Below, in pieces: positions 27,969 to 41,898 of a DNA stretch of 64,000 bases (position 1 is its first letter; each line of letters starts with the position of its first letter). The translations under genes and the position numbers were made by a program. The notes beneath the pieces are model-generated. The model was not told the origin of the DNA and did not search any database. It worked only from the letters and a program-made list of their open reading frames with translations. Where the stretch lies: NCBI GenBank assembly GCA_964016885.1, contig OZ024760.1:25854001-25918000 (forward strand). Direction: 5' to 3'. Origin of the DNA: Eledone cirrhosa. Taxonomy: Eukaryota.

Positions 27969-28390
27969 AAACCGATTAGTGATATGCTGCCGGCGGGTAA
28001 AAATACAGGTCCGTCTGCTCGCGTGACCAGCAGACATCTAGCCCTCTAGCCGATTCCCGATATGATACTCGGTATATATATATAAAATATTAAACAAATA
28101 ATGAATAAAACAATGAAACAGTTCCTTATATTAAACAAAAAAAGTTCATTATTTAACGATCGTTTCTAGGATATATATGTGTTAGAATTGGCATGCATAT
28201 TCAACAGATCTATGTACAAAATTATACAAAATTATACAAACTATCAAGATTAAATATACATACCAAACACACATATATGCCGTCTCACCGAAAGTGATTT
28301 TTCATTACATCTCTTCTTTCCATGATATCCGGAATACATTGAGTTCTTCATACGGATTGGACACTACCGTAAACTCTTGGTAGATTTATC

Positions 28391-28439
<49 letters not shown>

Positions 28440-28891
28440 GGAAAAAATGAAACGAAATTTCATTTCTCACTCTTAGTACGGCTTTAACTTAAATATAAGT
28501 ATGTATACGTACATACATATATGTATACAGACGTACAGTAGTATGTATACATATATATACATACATGCACACATATATATATGTACCTATGGATTCACAG
28601 AACATTTATTATAATGCTCGGTGTGTTTGTAAAATATTCGGTGAATCCATACGTACATATATATATGTGTGTGCATGTTTGTATATATATGTATACATAC
28701 TACTGTACGTCTGTATACATATATGTATGTACGTATACATACTTATATATATAACGAAAAGAAATCGAAAATGCAACTGGAGTCTTTTTAAGAATATTTA
28801 TTTATTTCCTTTACCGGTTTCACAGTTCTCATGCTTTTCAAAAGTAGAATTGAGATTGGGGGTTTGTGGTTTGTCTCGCATCTCAATTCTA

Positions 28892-28927
28892 CTTTTGAAA
28901 AGCATAAGGACTGTGAAACCGGTAAAG
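28892..28927 (+). ncRNA. U3-A8 variant hammerhead (inverted copy 28809-28845)
   Basis: ctt-TTGAAAA-gca taaggac tgt-GAA-accggt-A-aag. Confidence 0.68.
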
Positions 28928-29038
28928 GATATAAATAAATATTCTTAAAAAGAAACCAGTTGCATTTTCGATTTCTTTTCCTTATACTTTTAACCGTGTA
29001 GGATATCTCATTTTTTTTTATTAAAAAAAAACTCATTT

Positions 29039-29074
<36 letters not shown>

Positions 29075-29378
29075 ATAATAATAAATTTGAAGACTAAAAT
29101 CCAAAGAGAGCTCGATAAGGATAAATACATATCAAATATATAAGAACCGTAGAGCAAATATTTATTAAAATAACAGATTAAAGTTTAAGCAAAGAATCGC
29201 TGCTTTCACCCTTAACGGGATCTTCTGAAACTAACAAAGTCAATCTGTGAACGCAGAAGTGAATATTTCAAATAACGTTGCAACCGGAGGAAGACGGGAA
29301 GACGATACTTTGGTTCGTGGAAACGTTCCCTGGCAAAGAACGGGATAAAACGAATATAATACGTCATTATTAAGCAGA

Positions 29379-29592
29379 GATAAAATAAAGTACCAGTAAT
29401 GTACTGGGTAATTTCTGGCCTTGTGCCAATAGTATAAACAATTATTTAAAACATTTATTTATTTAGATATATAATTGTTTCTACTTTTGGCACAAGGCCA
29501 GCAATTAATCAGCGTATTACTGGTACTTTATTTTATCGACCCCCGTAAGGATGAAAGGCAAAGTTAACCTCGGTGGGATTTGAACTTAGAAT
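29379..29592. mobile_element. SINE fragments tail-to-tail
   Basis: 3' part on +, then body on -. Confidence 0.75.
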
Positions 29593-30075
29593 GGATTTAG
29601 CTATATAATGTTTGTAATCTAGAGAAACAGTTCTCGGTATGGTGAACTAACTGTTGTGTTTCTACTTCTATATATATATATATTATAATAGAATATAAAA
29701 GAAAAAAGAAAACACAGATATATAGAAATATGTGTTCAAATCGCAAGGGACCTGATTCGCTTGGATTAGTATTTCTATTCACAATTAACTTTGGGAAACA
29801 AGAAGTTGTCTGGGTGATTGGTAGTTACCACAATTCCGGTTTGTATTTATTTTCTTAATTTTTTTCTTAAATTGAGACAAGCGAACCCGATTGTCTATAG
29901 TTAGATTTATTTTCACCTTAGCGAATCAGGTCCTCTGCGATTTGAATACATATATTTATATATCTGTGTTCGTTTTTCTTTTATATTCTATTATAATATA
30001 TGGCTCAGAAATATCTCTTTCTTAGAGCTATTTTGTTGTAAGAGACTATTTTGAGTTCCTAACTCAATATATACG

Positions 30076-30178
<103 letters not shown>

Positions 30179-30206
30179 GTAGACATTACAATACAACGGG
30201 AGGAAA

Positions 30207-30246
30207 CCACTGATGATGTCACAGATGTGTGATGAAAGAACTTTCA
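30207..30246 (+). ncRNA. Hammerhead motif, diverged member of the 51243 family
   Basis: CTGATGA-t gtcaca gatg tgtgat-GAAAG-aa-CTT; stem I decayed. Confidence 0.6.
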
Positions 30247-30412
30247 TATACTATATATATATATTCATATCTGTATTTTTAACCGTTGGTCAATCAATGA
30301 TAAACATTGATTGCCAGCTAAATTAACTATTGAGGTGTAAAAGATACAGAATCGAAAACCAATCCAAACCAAACAATGAATGTGTTTTATTATTATTTCT
30401 GTCAACTGGAAT

Positions 30413-30603
30413 GGCGGTGAAATGGCAGTATCGGTAGAGGGTAGGACGCCATGCTTTGACGCATTGAGTTACGGCCCTTGCCATTCTGAGTTCAACTCCC
30501 GCCGAGGTTAACTTTGTCTTTCATACTTATGGGATCTATAAAATAAAATACCAGTAATAAAACTGGGTAATTGCTGGCCTTGTGCCAAAAGTAGAAACAA
30601 TTA
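30413..30603 (+). mobile_element. tRNA-derived SINE
   Basis: Full-length family match. Confidence 0.85.
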
Positions 30604-30989
30604 TTATTTCTGGCAATATTATAACAATATGACCCTCCCCAAATATAACAATAAATATACATATATATATTTATTTGTATATATATAAATATATATATAT
30701 ATATAAATACATATATATATATATAAACGGAAAAAATGAAACGATATTTCATTTCCCACTCTTAGTACGGCTGTTACTTAAATATAAGTATGTACACGTA
30801 CATACATATATGTATACCGACGTACAGTAGTATGTATATATATATACATACATGCACACATATATATATGCACGTATGGATTCACCGAACATTTATTATA
30901 ATGCTCGGTGTGCTTGTAAACAAACATCCCGTATTAAGCCGTAGTGTCTAGCAACCACCGTTGCTCGTTTGTTCAACACTAACAAAGGA

Positions 30990-31032
30990 ACGCTGTACTA
31001 GTTTCAAGCTTGTTAGCTATCGTCAGCAACGT
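30990..31032 (-). ncRNA. Minimal type I hammerhead ribozyme, array unit 1
   Basis: Reverse: acgttg-CTGACGA-t agct aaca agct t-GAAAC-ta-GTA-cagcgt. Confidence 0.87.
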
Positions 31033-31409
31033 ATACCTTCCTGCCAGATTGTTGAACGTATATACTTACCTTATGCATATTAACGGCTGAGTAGCCCAAT
31101 TTGCATATCGAGTGGATTAATCGGCCGGGTGCACCGAAAACGATAAACGGAAAAAATGAAACGATATTTCATTTCCCACTCTTAGTACGGCTGTTAATTA
31201 AATATAAGTATGTATACGTACATACATATATGTATACAGACGTACAGTAGTATGTATATATATACATACATGCACACACATATATATGTACGTATGGATT
31301 CACCGAACATTTATTATAATGCTCGGTGTGTTTGTAAACAAACATCCCGAATCAACCCGTACAATGTCTAGCAACCATCGTTGCTCATTTGTTCAACACT
31401 GACAAAGGA

Positions 31410-31452
31410 ACGATGTACTAGTTTCAAGCCTATTAGCTATCTTCAGCACCGT
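31410..31452 (-). ncRNA. Minimal type I hammerhead ribozyme, array unit 2
   Basis: Reverse: acggtg-CTGAAGA-t agct aata ggct t-GAAAC-ta-GTA-catcgt. Confidence 0.87.
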
Positions 31453-31973
31453 ATACCTTCCTGCCAGATGATTGAACGTCTGAAAGTATATACTTTCCTT
31501 ATGCATATTAACGGCTGAGCAGCCTAATTTGCATATCGAGGGAGTTAACCGGCCGGGCGCACCGAAAACGATAAACGGAAAAAATGAAACGAATTTTCAT
31601 TTCTCACTCTTAGTACGGCTGTTAATTAAATATAAGTATGTATACGTACATACATATATGTATACAGACGTACAGTAGTATGTATATATATACATACATG
31701 CACACACATATATATGTACGTATGGATTCACCGAACATTTATTATAATGCTCGGTGTGTTTGTAAACAAACATCCCGAATCAAGCCGTACAGTGTTCAGC
31801 AACCATCGTTGCCCTTTTTGTTCAACACTGACAAAGGAACGATGTACTAGTTTCAAGCTTATACCCAAGGAAACCTCTTTTTGAGCCAAACAACACCGTA
31901 CGCTAAAACTATCCACAGTACGGAGTATTCATAACCTCGAACTGGAGTACCTCTAATGATAACTTGTTATCCC

Positions 31974-32012
<39 letters not shown>

Positions 32013-32224
32013 TATATAGTTAGGGAAGCAGAAAATTGCTTATTGTAATCCAGTTTGTGTTTAAGATAGCCAGTTTCATGGACGGTTTCAACGTACGGTT
32101 AGGGGTAACTCCACAAGTTTGTAAGAATCACGTTCAATCTTGGAGTATAAAGAATAAAAGAGAAAACACAGGTAAGCATTAAAAAAAGGATTTTATCCTT
32201 TTTGTAATGCTTACCTGTGTTCTC

Positions 32225-32259
<35 letters not shown>

Positions 32260-32260
<1 letters not shown>

Positions 32261-32849
32261 TATCTAAAGTACCCGTCCTATGGAAGGTTCAAGTAGCTTT
32301 CGATGTAGCTCATTAAACTAAACAAAGTAAATTTGAATACATAGAAGAAAAACGTACTCTATGTAAACATGAAACCTTAGGCACTATTCCAGCGAAATAA
32401 TTAATATGTGAGCTCGGTGTCATCCGTAATCCCATGTAACAACAGAAATCCAGTCTTGGTATACATTTTTTTGACAACAGTAAAACCTTTTGTTTCAAGT
32501 ACAAAGAGTAAAGTAAAATCCGAATGAGCCGAATTGTAATAATCAAAATCCCAAAACAAAATTTTTGACAACATCAAAAATGAGTTCCTATCGTATTGAC
32601 GAAAGATAACTCTTGACTTACTTAATCACGAAAATTGACACAAACAACCGAAATTTTTTAATGTCTCCAAAGGCCCCAATATCGATTTTTGAAAGCCTTT
32701 GTAGATCATGTACAGGTTTTGTGCAAGGAGAAGCTCTGTAAAAAATTTCAAAGAAATCGCATGATTGGTTTAGAATATATGAGCCCTCATTAAAAATAAT
32801 CCACACACACACACACACACACACACAAAACTTCAGCTTTATATATATA

Positions 32850-32853
<4 letters not shown>
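32260..32853 (-). mobile_element. Probable non-autonomous Helitron
   Basis: Reverse strand starts TC, has an internal (TG)n, and ends with a short hairpin then ATAG (imperfect CTRR). Confidence 0.5.
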
Positions 32854-32932
<79 letters not shown>

Positions 32933-32971
32933 ATATTAAATAAATGGAAACTATATTTATAAAACCATATC

Positions 32972-33035
32972 TATTTTATTATATATATTTCTAGGGTACC
33001 AAGACAACATTGGTACGCTTTCATCAGATAAAATA
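32972..33035 (-). ncRNA. Type I hammerhead ribozyme with (AU)4 stem III
   Basis: Reverse: tattttat-CTGATGA-aagcgtaccaa tgttgtc ttggtacccta-GAA-atatatat-A-ataaaata. Confidence 0.8.
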
Positions 33036-33205
33036 CAAAGTTTGTTTCATAAATAGAGACATACTCATGAAAATCATACCTTATCGGTTGGAAATTCACT
33101 GGATATATATATATATATATATCCAGTGAATATATATATAAATATATATATACAAATATATACATATATATATAAATATATATATACAAATATATATATA
33201 TATAT

Positions 33206-33262
<57 letters not shown>

Positions 33263-33273
33263 TATATATATAA

Positions 33274-33339
<66 letters not shown>

Positions 33340-33371
33340 TAAAGACATGATTATTCTAAAGACATGATTTA

Positions 33372-33405
<34 letters not shown>

Positions 33406-33618
33406 GAAGTAATCCCGTCGGAAAGGTACAGGAAAATAGAGTGCTCTATGTAGGCTACAGAGCTTATTAGTTATGTAATGAACAACATAAGATAATTATT
33501 TCATTTACCAGTGGTTTCTTGAAAGCAGATATATCTGTTTTCAGTCGTCAGAATGAATAAAACATGGTGTTTTTTTTTTTTTAAATATCATGGTATTTAA
33601 TAAAAACACCATGTTGTA

Positions 33619-33676
33619 TTCATTCTGACGACTGAAAACAGATATATCTGCTTTCAAGAAACCACTGGTAAATGAA
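33619..33676 (+). ncRNA. Type I hammerhead ribozyme (inverted copy 33500-33557)
   Basis: ttcatt-CTGACGA-c tgaaa a cagat at atctg c tttca a-GAA-acca c tggt-A-aatgaa, in fold-back 33469-33710. Confidence 0.87.
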
Positions 33677-33730
33677 ATAATTAGCTTATGTTGTTTATTT
33701 CATAACTATATATATATATATATAGATGTG

Positions 33731-33760
<30 letters not shown>

Positions 33761-33762
<2 letters not shown>

Positions 33763-33980
33763 GGAACGATCAACTTTCGTCAAATAGGACCGAGGGAACA
33801 ATGTTTCCGTTGGTCTTTCCAATTGCTAATACTATCTATCGGTCGCAACTCCAGGTAGAAGGAGCAACGTGAAATAAAGTGTCTTGCTCAAGGACATAAC
33901 GCATCGCCTGGTCCAGGGATCGAACTCACAACGTTACGATTGCGAATCCAATTCTCTAACCACTCAGCCACACGCCTTCA
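33761..33980 (-). mobile_element. Second tRNA-derived SINE family (CORE-like) with attached sequence; second copy 48190-48400
   Basis: Reverse: gtggctgagtggttagag...gagttcgatccc...tgtccttgagcaagacacttt. Confidence 0.75.
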
Positions 33981-34044
33981 TTATATATTAAAATAACAGA
34001 TTAAAGTTTAAGCAAAGAATCGCTGCTTTCACCCTTAACGGGAT

Positions 34045-34191
<147 letters not shown>

Positions 34192-34212
34192 ATATTATAT
34201 ATATATATATAT

Positions 34213-34244
<32 letters not shown>

Positions 34245-34250
34245 ATATAT

Positions 34251-34282
<32 letters not shown>

Positions 34283-34298
34283 ATATATTATATATATA

Positions 34299-34366
<68 letters not shown>

Positions 34367-34410
34367 TATATATATAATATATATATATAATATATATATA
34401 TATATATAAT

Positions 34411-34442
<32 letters not shown>

Positions 34443-34463
34443 ATATATATATATAATATATAT

Positions 34464-34508
<45 letters not shown>

Positions 34509-35069
34509 TCTAAAAATTCACAATTGACACTCGGCCAACCGTTGCATTATAATATACACCTATCTATTCTGTAAAACTCCTCAAGTGACTCTCAGCTCGA
34601 CTCTCTCTCTCTCTCTATCTATCTATCTCTATCTATCTATCTAATCATCTAATCATCATCGAAATATTATCTCTAACCAGTCAACTTCCAATCAGTTATA
34701 TCCGTCTATCATGTTGACATTTATGATCGATATCAATATATGCAGTTTTTATCAACAATGTGGTTATCAATAAAATATTTTCTATTTATTTTATATACTT
34801 ATTGGTTTCTTTATTTGTCTATACAGCGAGTCTATCAATCAAACGATGTATATACACTCGTTATATATGGTGTCTGTCAATCAGAGGAAGTATATACACT
34901 CGTTATATATGGTGTCTATCAATCAGAGGAGGTATATACACTCGTTATGTAAAGTGTCTATCAATGAATTAAGGTATATACACTCGTTATATAATGTATC
35001 CATCAATCAAACGAGGTATATACACTCTATGAGGCTATATAGACGTGTTGATATTTATACACTCTAGAT

Positions 35070-35400
35070 CAGCGTTTCTCAACCGGTGTTCCTCGGAACC
35101 CTAGAATTCCGCAAGAGGTCGCTAGGGATTTGCACGAACCAGTGATAAATAAACTAATGTATTTTAAAAAGAAATTTTTTGTTTAATTTTATATTCGTAA
35201 TTTTACTATACATTTACGGCATATTGTCGGAAAATCCTTGTTTATTTTAAGAAAGGCTTCAACCTCTTATAGTATTTAAAACTAGGTCAATATAAGAGAT
35301 AGATATTAATAATGGTATATAATAATTTTTATGTAGGGGTTCCCTGAGACATGAACCTATTTCAAGGGTTCCACAAGGGTCAAAAGGTCGAGAAACGCTG
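35070..35400. mobile_element. hAT-type MITE
   Basis: TIRs cagcgtttctc/gagaaacgctg, perfect 8-bp TSD ctctagat. Confidence 0.9.
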
Positions 35401-35495
35401 CTCTAGATGAATGAAAAAATTGGAATTGGGGAATCACTTACAGAATCATATGCATGAATGCATATATATACATATATACTTATATATATATATTG

Positions 35496-35551
<56 letters not shown>

Positions 35552-35780
35552 CATATATATATATACATTTATATATATATATATATTTACATATATATAT
35601 ATATATATACATTTATATATATACATTTATATATATACATTTATATATATATATGTATATATATATATAACGCATGAACCTCAAAAAAGTTTTGTTTTAA
35701 GTTGACGCAGTATATATATATATATATATATATATATAATGATATTAAATAAATGGAAACTATATTTATAAAACCATATT

Positions 35781-35845
35781 TATTTTATTATATATATTTC
35801 AAGGGTAACCAAGACAACATTGGTACGCTTTCATCAGATAAAATA
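35781..35845 (-). ncRNA. Type I hammerhead ribozyme, 32972 family
   Basis: Reverse: tattttat-CTGATGA-aagcgtaccaa...ttggttaccctt-GAA-atatatat-A-ataaaata. Confidence 0.8.
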
Positions 35846-36329
35846 CAAAGTTTGTTTTATAAATAATAATATCATTGAATATTTACACCAGTAACTGTTG
35901 AGTTCTCTAAATCAGTTATAAACATTTATGTTTGTCGGACTTCCAACAAATTAAATACAACTTCTACTTATATATATACATATATATATATATACACGAA
36001 CCAATTAGTCCAGCCTAACCCTAACCCTGGGGACAAAGTACATAAGATGGTTCATTTCAGATCTAATAATCTGAAATAAAGTAACGCTGACGATGACCAC
36101 TGGAGCTCACTCGATTGTCTTATAGATGTCCTCCACAGGCGTTAAAGATCGACTCTCTGTGTTTGGAGTTGCAAAGAAGAATACTTTTACTTTTCAAAAC
36201 ATCAGGAAGGCGAGACAAAGAATTGTTTCATTGGATTACAAACATGATATAGCTAAATAAAAATATGTTTAAAATAATATAGAAATAAAAAAGCAACCTT
36301 GATATGTTCAGAACCACGTTTTAAATAAG

Positions 36330-36535
36330 GGTTTCTTATATAGGCGCAAGGCCAGCAATTTTGGGGGAGGGGAAAGTCGATTAAATCGACACCATTGCGT
36401 GACTGGTACTTTATTTTATCGACCCCGTAAGGATGAAAGACAAAGTTAACCTCGGCGGGAATTGAAATAAGATTATACAGGGCTGTAACTCTTTGCTGCA
36501 AAGCATCGCGTCAGACCCTCTACCAATACTGCCAT
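36330..36535 (-). mobile_element. tRNA-derived SINE
   Basis: Full-length family match on the reverse strand. Confidence 0.85.
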
Positions 36536-36886
36536 TCCATACCCGAATGAAATATTTACAAAGAAGAATATGTATAACACCTATAGCGGTCTAAAGGTAG
36601 AAAGAGAGAAGCAGCTTCTTTAGTGTAGAAAATAGAGGATTAGATTTGTTTCGTCTTTGTTGAGCCAGGGTCAGTAGTGAAGAAAAGAGAGGATTAGATA
36701 TAGGGTTGGTCTTTGTTGAGCCAGAGACAGTAGTGAAGAAATGATAGGATTAGATATGTGGTTGGTCTTTGTTGAGCCAGAGATAGAGTTACTAGCTGAG
36801 TCCTGGTAAACATTAAAAAAAGAATTCATCCACGAATTCGTTGAAATATCCCGTATTTAACTTGAGTTAAAAACAGAACAAATCGC

Positions 36887-37013
<127 letters not shown>

Positions 37014-37161
37014 ATGCTTTGGGATGGTCATGTTGCCAATAAGAAACACACGCGCCAGTTGCTTTCATTTCAATTTATTATAAATTAAATTTATAAATTT
37101 AAGAATTTATAAATTTCCGGTAGGTTGGTTGGTTCCACAACCAGACGATTGTTCATATATT

Positions 37162-37204
37162 GTCAAAGTTCTTTCGTCCCACATTCTGTGCCCTCTTCGG
37201 TGAC
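37162..37204 (-). ncRNA. Hammerhead motif (U4C), 51243 family
   Basis: Reverse: gtca-CCGAAGA-gggcacagaatgtgggac-GAAAG-aa-CTT-tgac. Confidence 0.6.
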
Positions 37205-37425
37205 TGGGGATTCTTTTCTTTGTTTTTGTGTATCTCCTTTGTTCTGTCCTACGCCATCTTGTTTTTGTGGGTTGTGTGCTTAGTTTGCGCATGTGTTACA
37301 TCCGGGTGTCTGTGTGTGTTTATATGTGTTTCTTATTGGCAACATGACCCTCCCAAAGCATAAACATATCGGTTTCAACACACGTTTTCAGATAAAGAAC
37401 CTTGCTAAATAAATTCAGAAACGAA

Positions 37426-37493
<68 letters not shown>

Positions 37494-37641
37494 CATTTCG
37501 CTTTTTCTACCCGCCGAAAGGCGATTCACGCTGAATTTATATTTATATATACATATATATGTATGTATATACATATATACATACGCGCACATGTATATGC
37601 ACACACACACACATATACACAAACATATTCATATGTTTATG

Positions 37642-37738
<97 letters not shown>

Positions 37739-37934
37739 CATATATATATGTATGTATACACATATGACTGCGTGTGAGACTGAGAGTACGTGTGATTGGG
37801 TGTAATGTATGTATGTAGGTACGTTTATAGTCAACATACGTACATACAAACATACATACATACATCCATCCATATATACATACATATATACATACAAACA
37901 TACCAACATCCATACATACATACCTACCTACATA

Positions 37935-39072
37935 CACCCCTTGTCCTTTCTGCTCAAGAAATGTGAGGGATACATCATTGGCTCACAGGAGGACAGAAAT
38001 ACGAACCTAACCCATAATTTCTTTGTGGATGATCTGAAACTCTCTGCCAAGAACATGGATGGGATGAAGAAAAATCTTGACCTCGTTACAACGTTCTCAA
38101 AGAATATAGGAATGGAGTTTGGCCAAGATAAATGCTCATAGATGACTGTAAAGCGAGGAAAAACAACAACCCAATCTAGCAACATTGTCATCAATGGCCT
38201 AACTGTTTCACCGATATCTGATGAGGACTGCTACAGATACCTGGGGATAGATGAGATCATATCCTATAATGGTATCTGTAATAAAGAACGCGTAACCAGG
38301 GAATACTACACCCGATTAAGAAAGATCTGGTCATCGGAACTCTCTGCGCAAAATAAAACAGTGGCTCACAATGTGTTTGCTGTGCCTGTCCTAACACCAA
38401 CGTTTGGAATACTCAATTGGACGATAGACGAAATCCGAATAGTTGATGTTGAACTCGAAAAATACTAAACAACACCGGAAATTCCATATCAACAGTGACA
38501 TAGACCGCCTTTACTTGAAACGTAAACAGGGAGGCAGAGGCCTAACATCAGTCCAGACAACATTTGAATGTCGTATCATATCTCTCCGACAACATCTACG
38601 AACCTCGAAGCGTAGGAGCCCGTTTCTCGAGCAAATCTATCTGCATGAAACAGATAAGGTCATGAGAGTTGGGAAGGAACTCCTCGAGAGATATTCGCTT
38701 TGTGATAATCAAAACCTCACACCCAGGGATGTCGCTCAGCAGTATCGCAGTGAATCCATGGATGAAAAGCTGCATACTTATCAGCAAAAAGTCATGCATG
38801 GATATGTTGCCAGGAAGCTCCAGAGTGAGAGTAATATAGATAAGGAAAGTAGTCTATCTTGGACCAACAACCGCTATATTGGCTCCCACTTTGAAGGATA
38901 CGCTTTTACAATCCAAGAACAGGAGATTAACACGAAATACCTGATTCACAAAAGAGATAGGGATGCAGGCAAAACACCTAGATGTGATAACAAGTGCAGA
39001 CTCTGCAGAACTAACATCGAGGATATCACCCATGTCATCAGCAGCTGTCCAAAGATGTCATCGTGGTTCTAT
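37935..39072 (+). mobile_element. R4/Dong-like non-LTR retrotransposon remnant (RT, thumb, CCHC finger)
   Basis: FVDDLKL, IGMEFGQDKC, YRYLGIDE, RLYLKRKQGGRGL, QEQEINTKY, CRLC...HVISSC; one stop and one frameshift. Confidence 0.88.
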
Positions 39073-39074
39073 CT

Positions 39075-39637
39075 AGCTCCCTCCCTCCCTCTCTACCTAC
39101 CTCCCCCCTCCCCCCCTACCTCCCTACCTACCTACCTACCTACCTACCTACCTCCCTACCTACCTACCAACCTTCCTCTCTACCTACCTCTCTACCCACC
39201 TACCAACATACCTACCTACCCACCTCCCTCCCTACCAACCTACCTACCCACCTGCCTACCAACCTACCTACCTACCCACCTCCCTCCCTACCAACCTACC
39301 TACCCACCTGCCTACCAAACTACCAACCAACCTACCCACCAACCTACCTACCTACCCACCTCCCTCCCTACCAACCTACCTACCCACCTCCCTACCTACC
39401 TACCTACCCACCTCCCTCCCTGCCAACCTACCTACCCACCTGCCTACCAACCTACCAACCAACCTACCCACCTGCCTACCAACCTACCAACCAACCTACC
39501 TACCCACCTCCCTCCCTACCAACCTACCTACCCACCTGCCTACCAACCTACCAACCTACCTACCCACCTGCCTGCCAACCTACCAACCAACCTACCCACC
39601 AACATACCTACCTCCCTACCTACCTCCCTACCTACCA
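39075..39637. repeat. Degenerate (CCTA/CCAA)n microsatellite
   Basis: Direct inspection. Confidence 0.9.
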
Positions 39638-39923
39638 GATATATACAGAACAACAGCACGTCTATTGTAATAAGTTCACAATTGGTATGTTGGTATGTTA
39701 ACAGAAGATATAGTGTAGTCCCAGCACGTTTGCCCCGTCAACACTGGTACAAAATGTTTCCATATATTTTAACAAATTTCAATATAAAGAAGAGTTTACA
39801 AGATGGCAGCCGCATAATACTGTAAAGAAGACAATGTAAAGAATAGAACATCTCCCGGACTCTCTAATGTTTTATACAGAATACAGACAATGCCTCATAA
39901 ACACACCTTTAAAACAAATACAA

Positions 39924-39970
<47 letters not shown>

Positions 39971-40065
39971 TGTGTGTGTGTGTGTATTTATTTATATATA
40001 TGTATGTGTGTTTGTGTGTGTGTGTGTGTATGCGTATATGTATATATGTATATATAGGTATATGT

Positions 40066-40107
<42 letters not shown>

Positions 40108-40269
40108 GTATATATGAATGTACATATTTATATATATATATATATGTGTGTGTGTATATGCATATATATATATGTGTGTGTGCGTGTATGCATATATATG
40201 TATATATGCATATGCATATATATATATATGTATATATATATATATGCATATATGTATATATAGATATAG

Positions 40270-40363
<94 letters not shown>

Positions 40364-40885
40364 CATATATATATTCGGAATGTTTTTTACTGTTGTTTCA
40401 TGTAAACAAACATTCGTCTCATTCTGACGTCACCAGCCCTGTTTTTCCACATATGCATTTTATTTTCATTGTCACGCATGATGTTAGACTAGCCTGCTTT
40501 TAAATTCCCTTTTTGGCATATTAATCAGTGAGACCTTAATTATCATGTTGAGCTCTGCTGATGAACAAAATCCAACCGTGACCATCCCCACTGAAAGTTT
40601 TCGTGAAATAGTATTTTCAAGACTATACAGAGCATTTGAAGTTGTCCCAAATTGAAGGATGAGTACTTTAGACTTTGTTTTATCATGAGTTAAGGCTCGA
40701 TTGATTTTTCCCTGGATTTCTCTAAATTCTGTTGGATAAATTTATATCCTGATTCCTTTTGAATTGAGTTTGAACTATTTTTCCTATATCTTATGTTAAC
40801 TATTTTCCCATTTTGACGCTATAGTCACATATATGTTATAGAATACTGTTAGCTTCTCGCTACAACAATTTCTATACTTTTCATT

Positions 40886-40934
<49 letters not shown>

Positions 40935-41133
40935 CATTTATAAAAAAAGACAATGGAAAAGTAGACAGTACTCTCCCCTCAGTCAACCTTAGGTAACCAC
41001 TATATATGTACATCGATAAGTTTGCCCTCTGAAACGATCGTAAAACAATGAATTAATTAACTATTTAGCGTTTTATTATTATTTTTATTATTTACCATTA
41101 TATATATATATATATATATACATATACATATTC

Positions 41134-41179
<46 letters not shown>

Positions 41180-41185
41180 ATATAC

Positions 41186-41280
<95 letters not shown>

Positions 41281-41589
41281 AGTGTAATGTGAGTTTTTCG
41301 AATATTAATAATAACATTCGATTCGTTTGCAATTATGCAAACAAGCCTCAATTTTATAGCCATGTCAGTAGAATGAACACTTCATTCTTCCTCTTGTGTT
41401 GGCATGCAAACAGAATTGCAGACACTAATGTTTCTGGGTATCACCCTTCATCAGTACAGCTCACTGTTCACCTGCCAAACTGTCAGCACTAGTGAAAATA
41501 TATGCTATTTTCAAAAATACACAGTGACAGATCGGCCTGATTTGCATGTCAGCAGACTGGCTCTGACAGTCTGGCAGGTGAACAGTGAG

Positions 41590-41633
41590 CTGTACTGATG
41601 AAGGCTGATACCCAGAAACATTAGTGTCTGCAG
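41590..41633 (+). ncRNA. Type I hammerhead ribozyme (inverted copy 41416-41459)
   Basis: ctgta-CTGATGA-aggctgataccca-GAAAC-attagt-GTC-tgcag; the other arm has stem II gggt/accc; fold-back 41283-41765. Confidence 0.83.
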
Positions 41634-41800
41634 TTCTGTTCACATGCCAACACAAGAGGAAGAATGAAGTGTTCATTCTACTGACATGGCTATAAAATTG
41701 AGGCTTGTTTGCATAATTGCAAACGAATCGAATGTTATTAATATTCGAAAAACTCAGATTACATGTGTTGTATTCAGCCATGTAGAGCAAAATTTTCTTT

Positions 41801-41831
<31 letters not shown>

Positions 41832-41855
41832 ATACATGTTGATGTATACATATTC

Positions 41856-41898
<43 letters not shown>

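Larger units (their letters stand above)
30723..31860 (-). mobile_element. Tandem array of ~420-428-bp units, each with a hammerhead (retrozyme-like or tandem PLE terminal repeats)
   Basis: Unit start ataaacggaaaaaatgaaacg at 30723, 31143 and 31571. HHRs at 30990-31032 and 31410-31452; the third is truncated at 31860. Confidence 0.8.

Noticed and set aside
33880-33980. tRNA gene
   Set aside because: The tRNA-like head runs into a SINE body and lacks a complete cloverleaf.
36014-36028. cctaaccctaaccct telomere-like seed
   Set aside because: Only about 2.5 units; too short to interpret.
36087-36130. CTGACGA core-like heptamer
   Set aside because: No properly placed stem II-GAAA partner.
40557-40620. 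CTGATGA...GAAA candidate hammerhead
   Set aside because: Stem I cannot form and stem II is weak.
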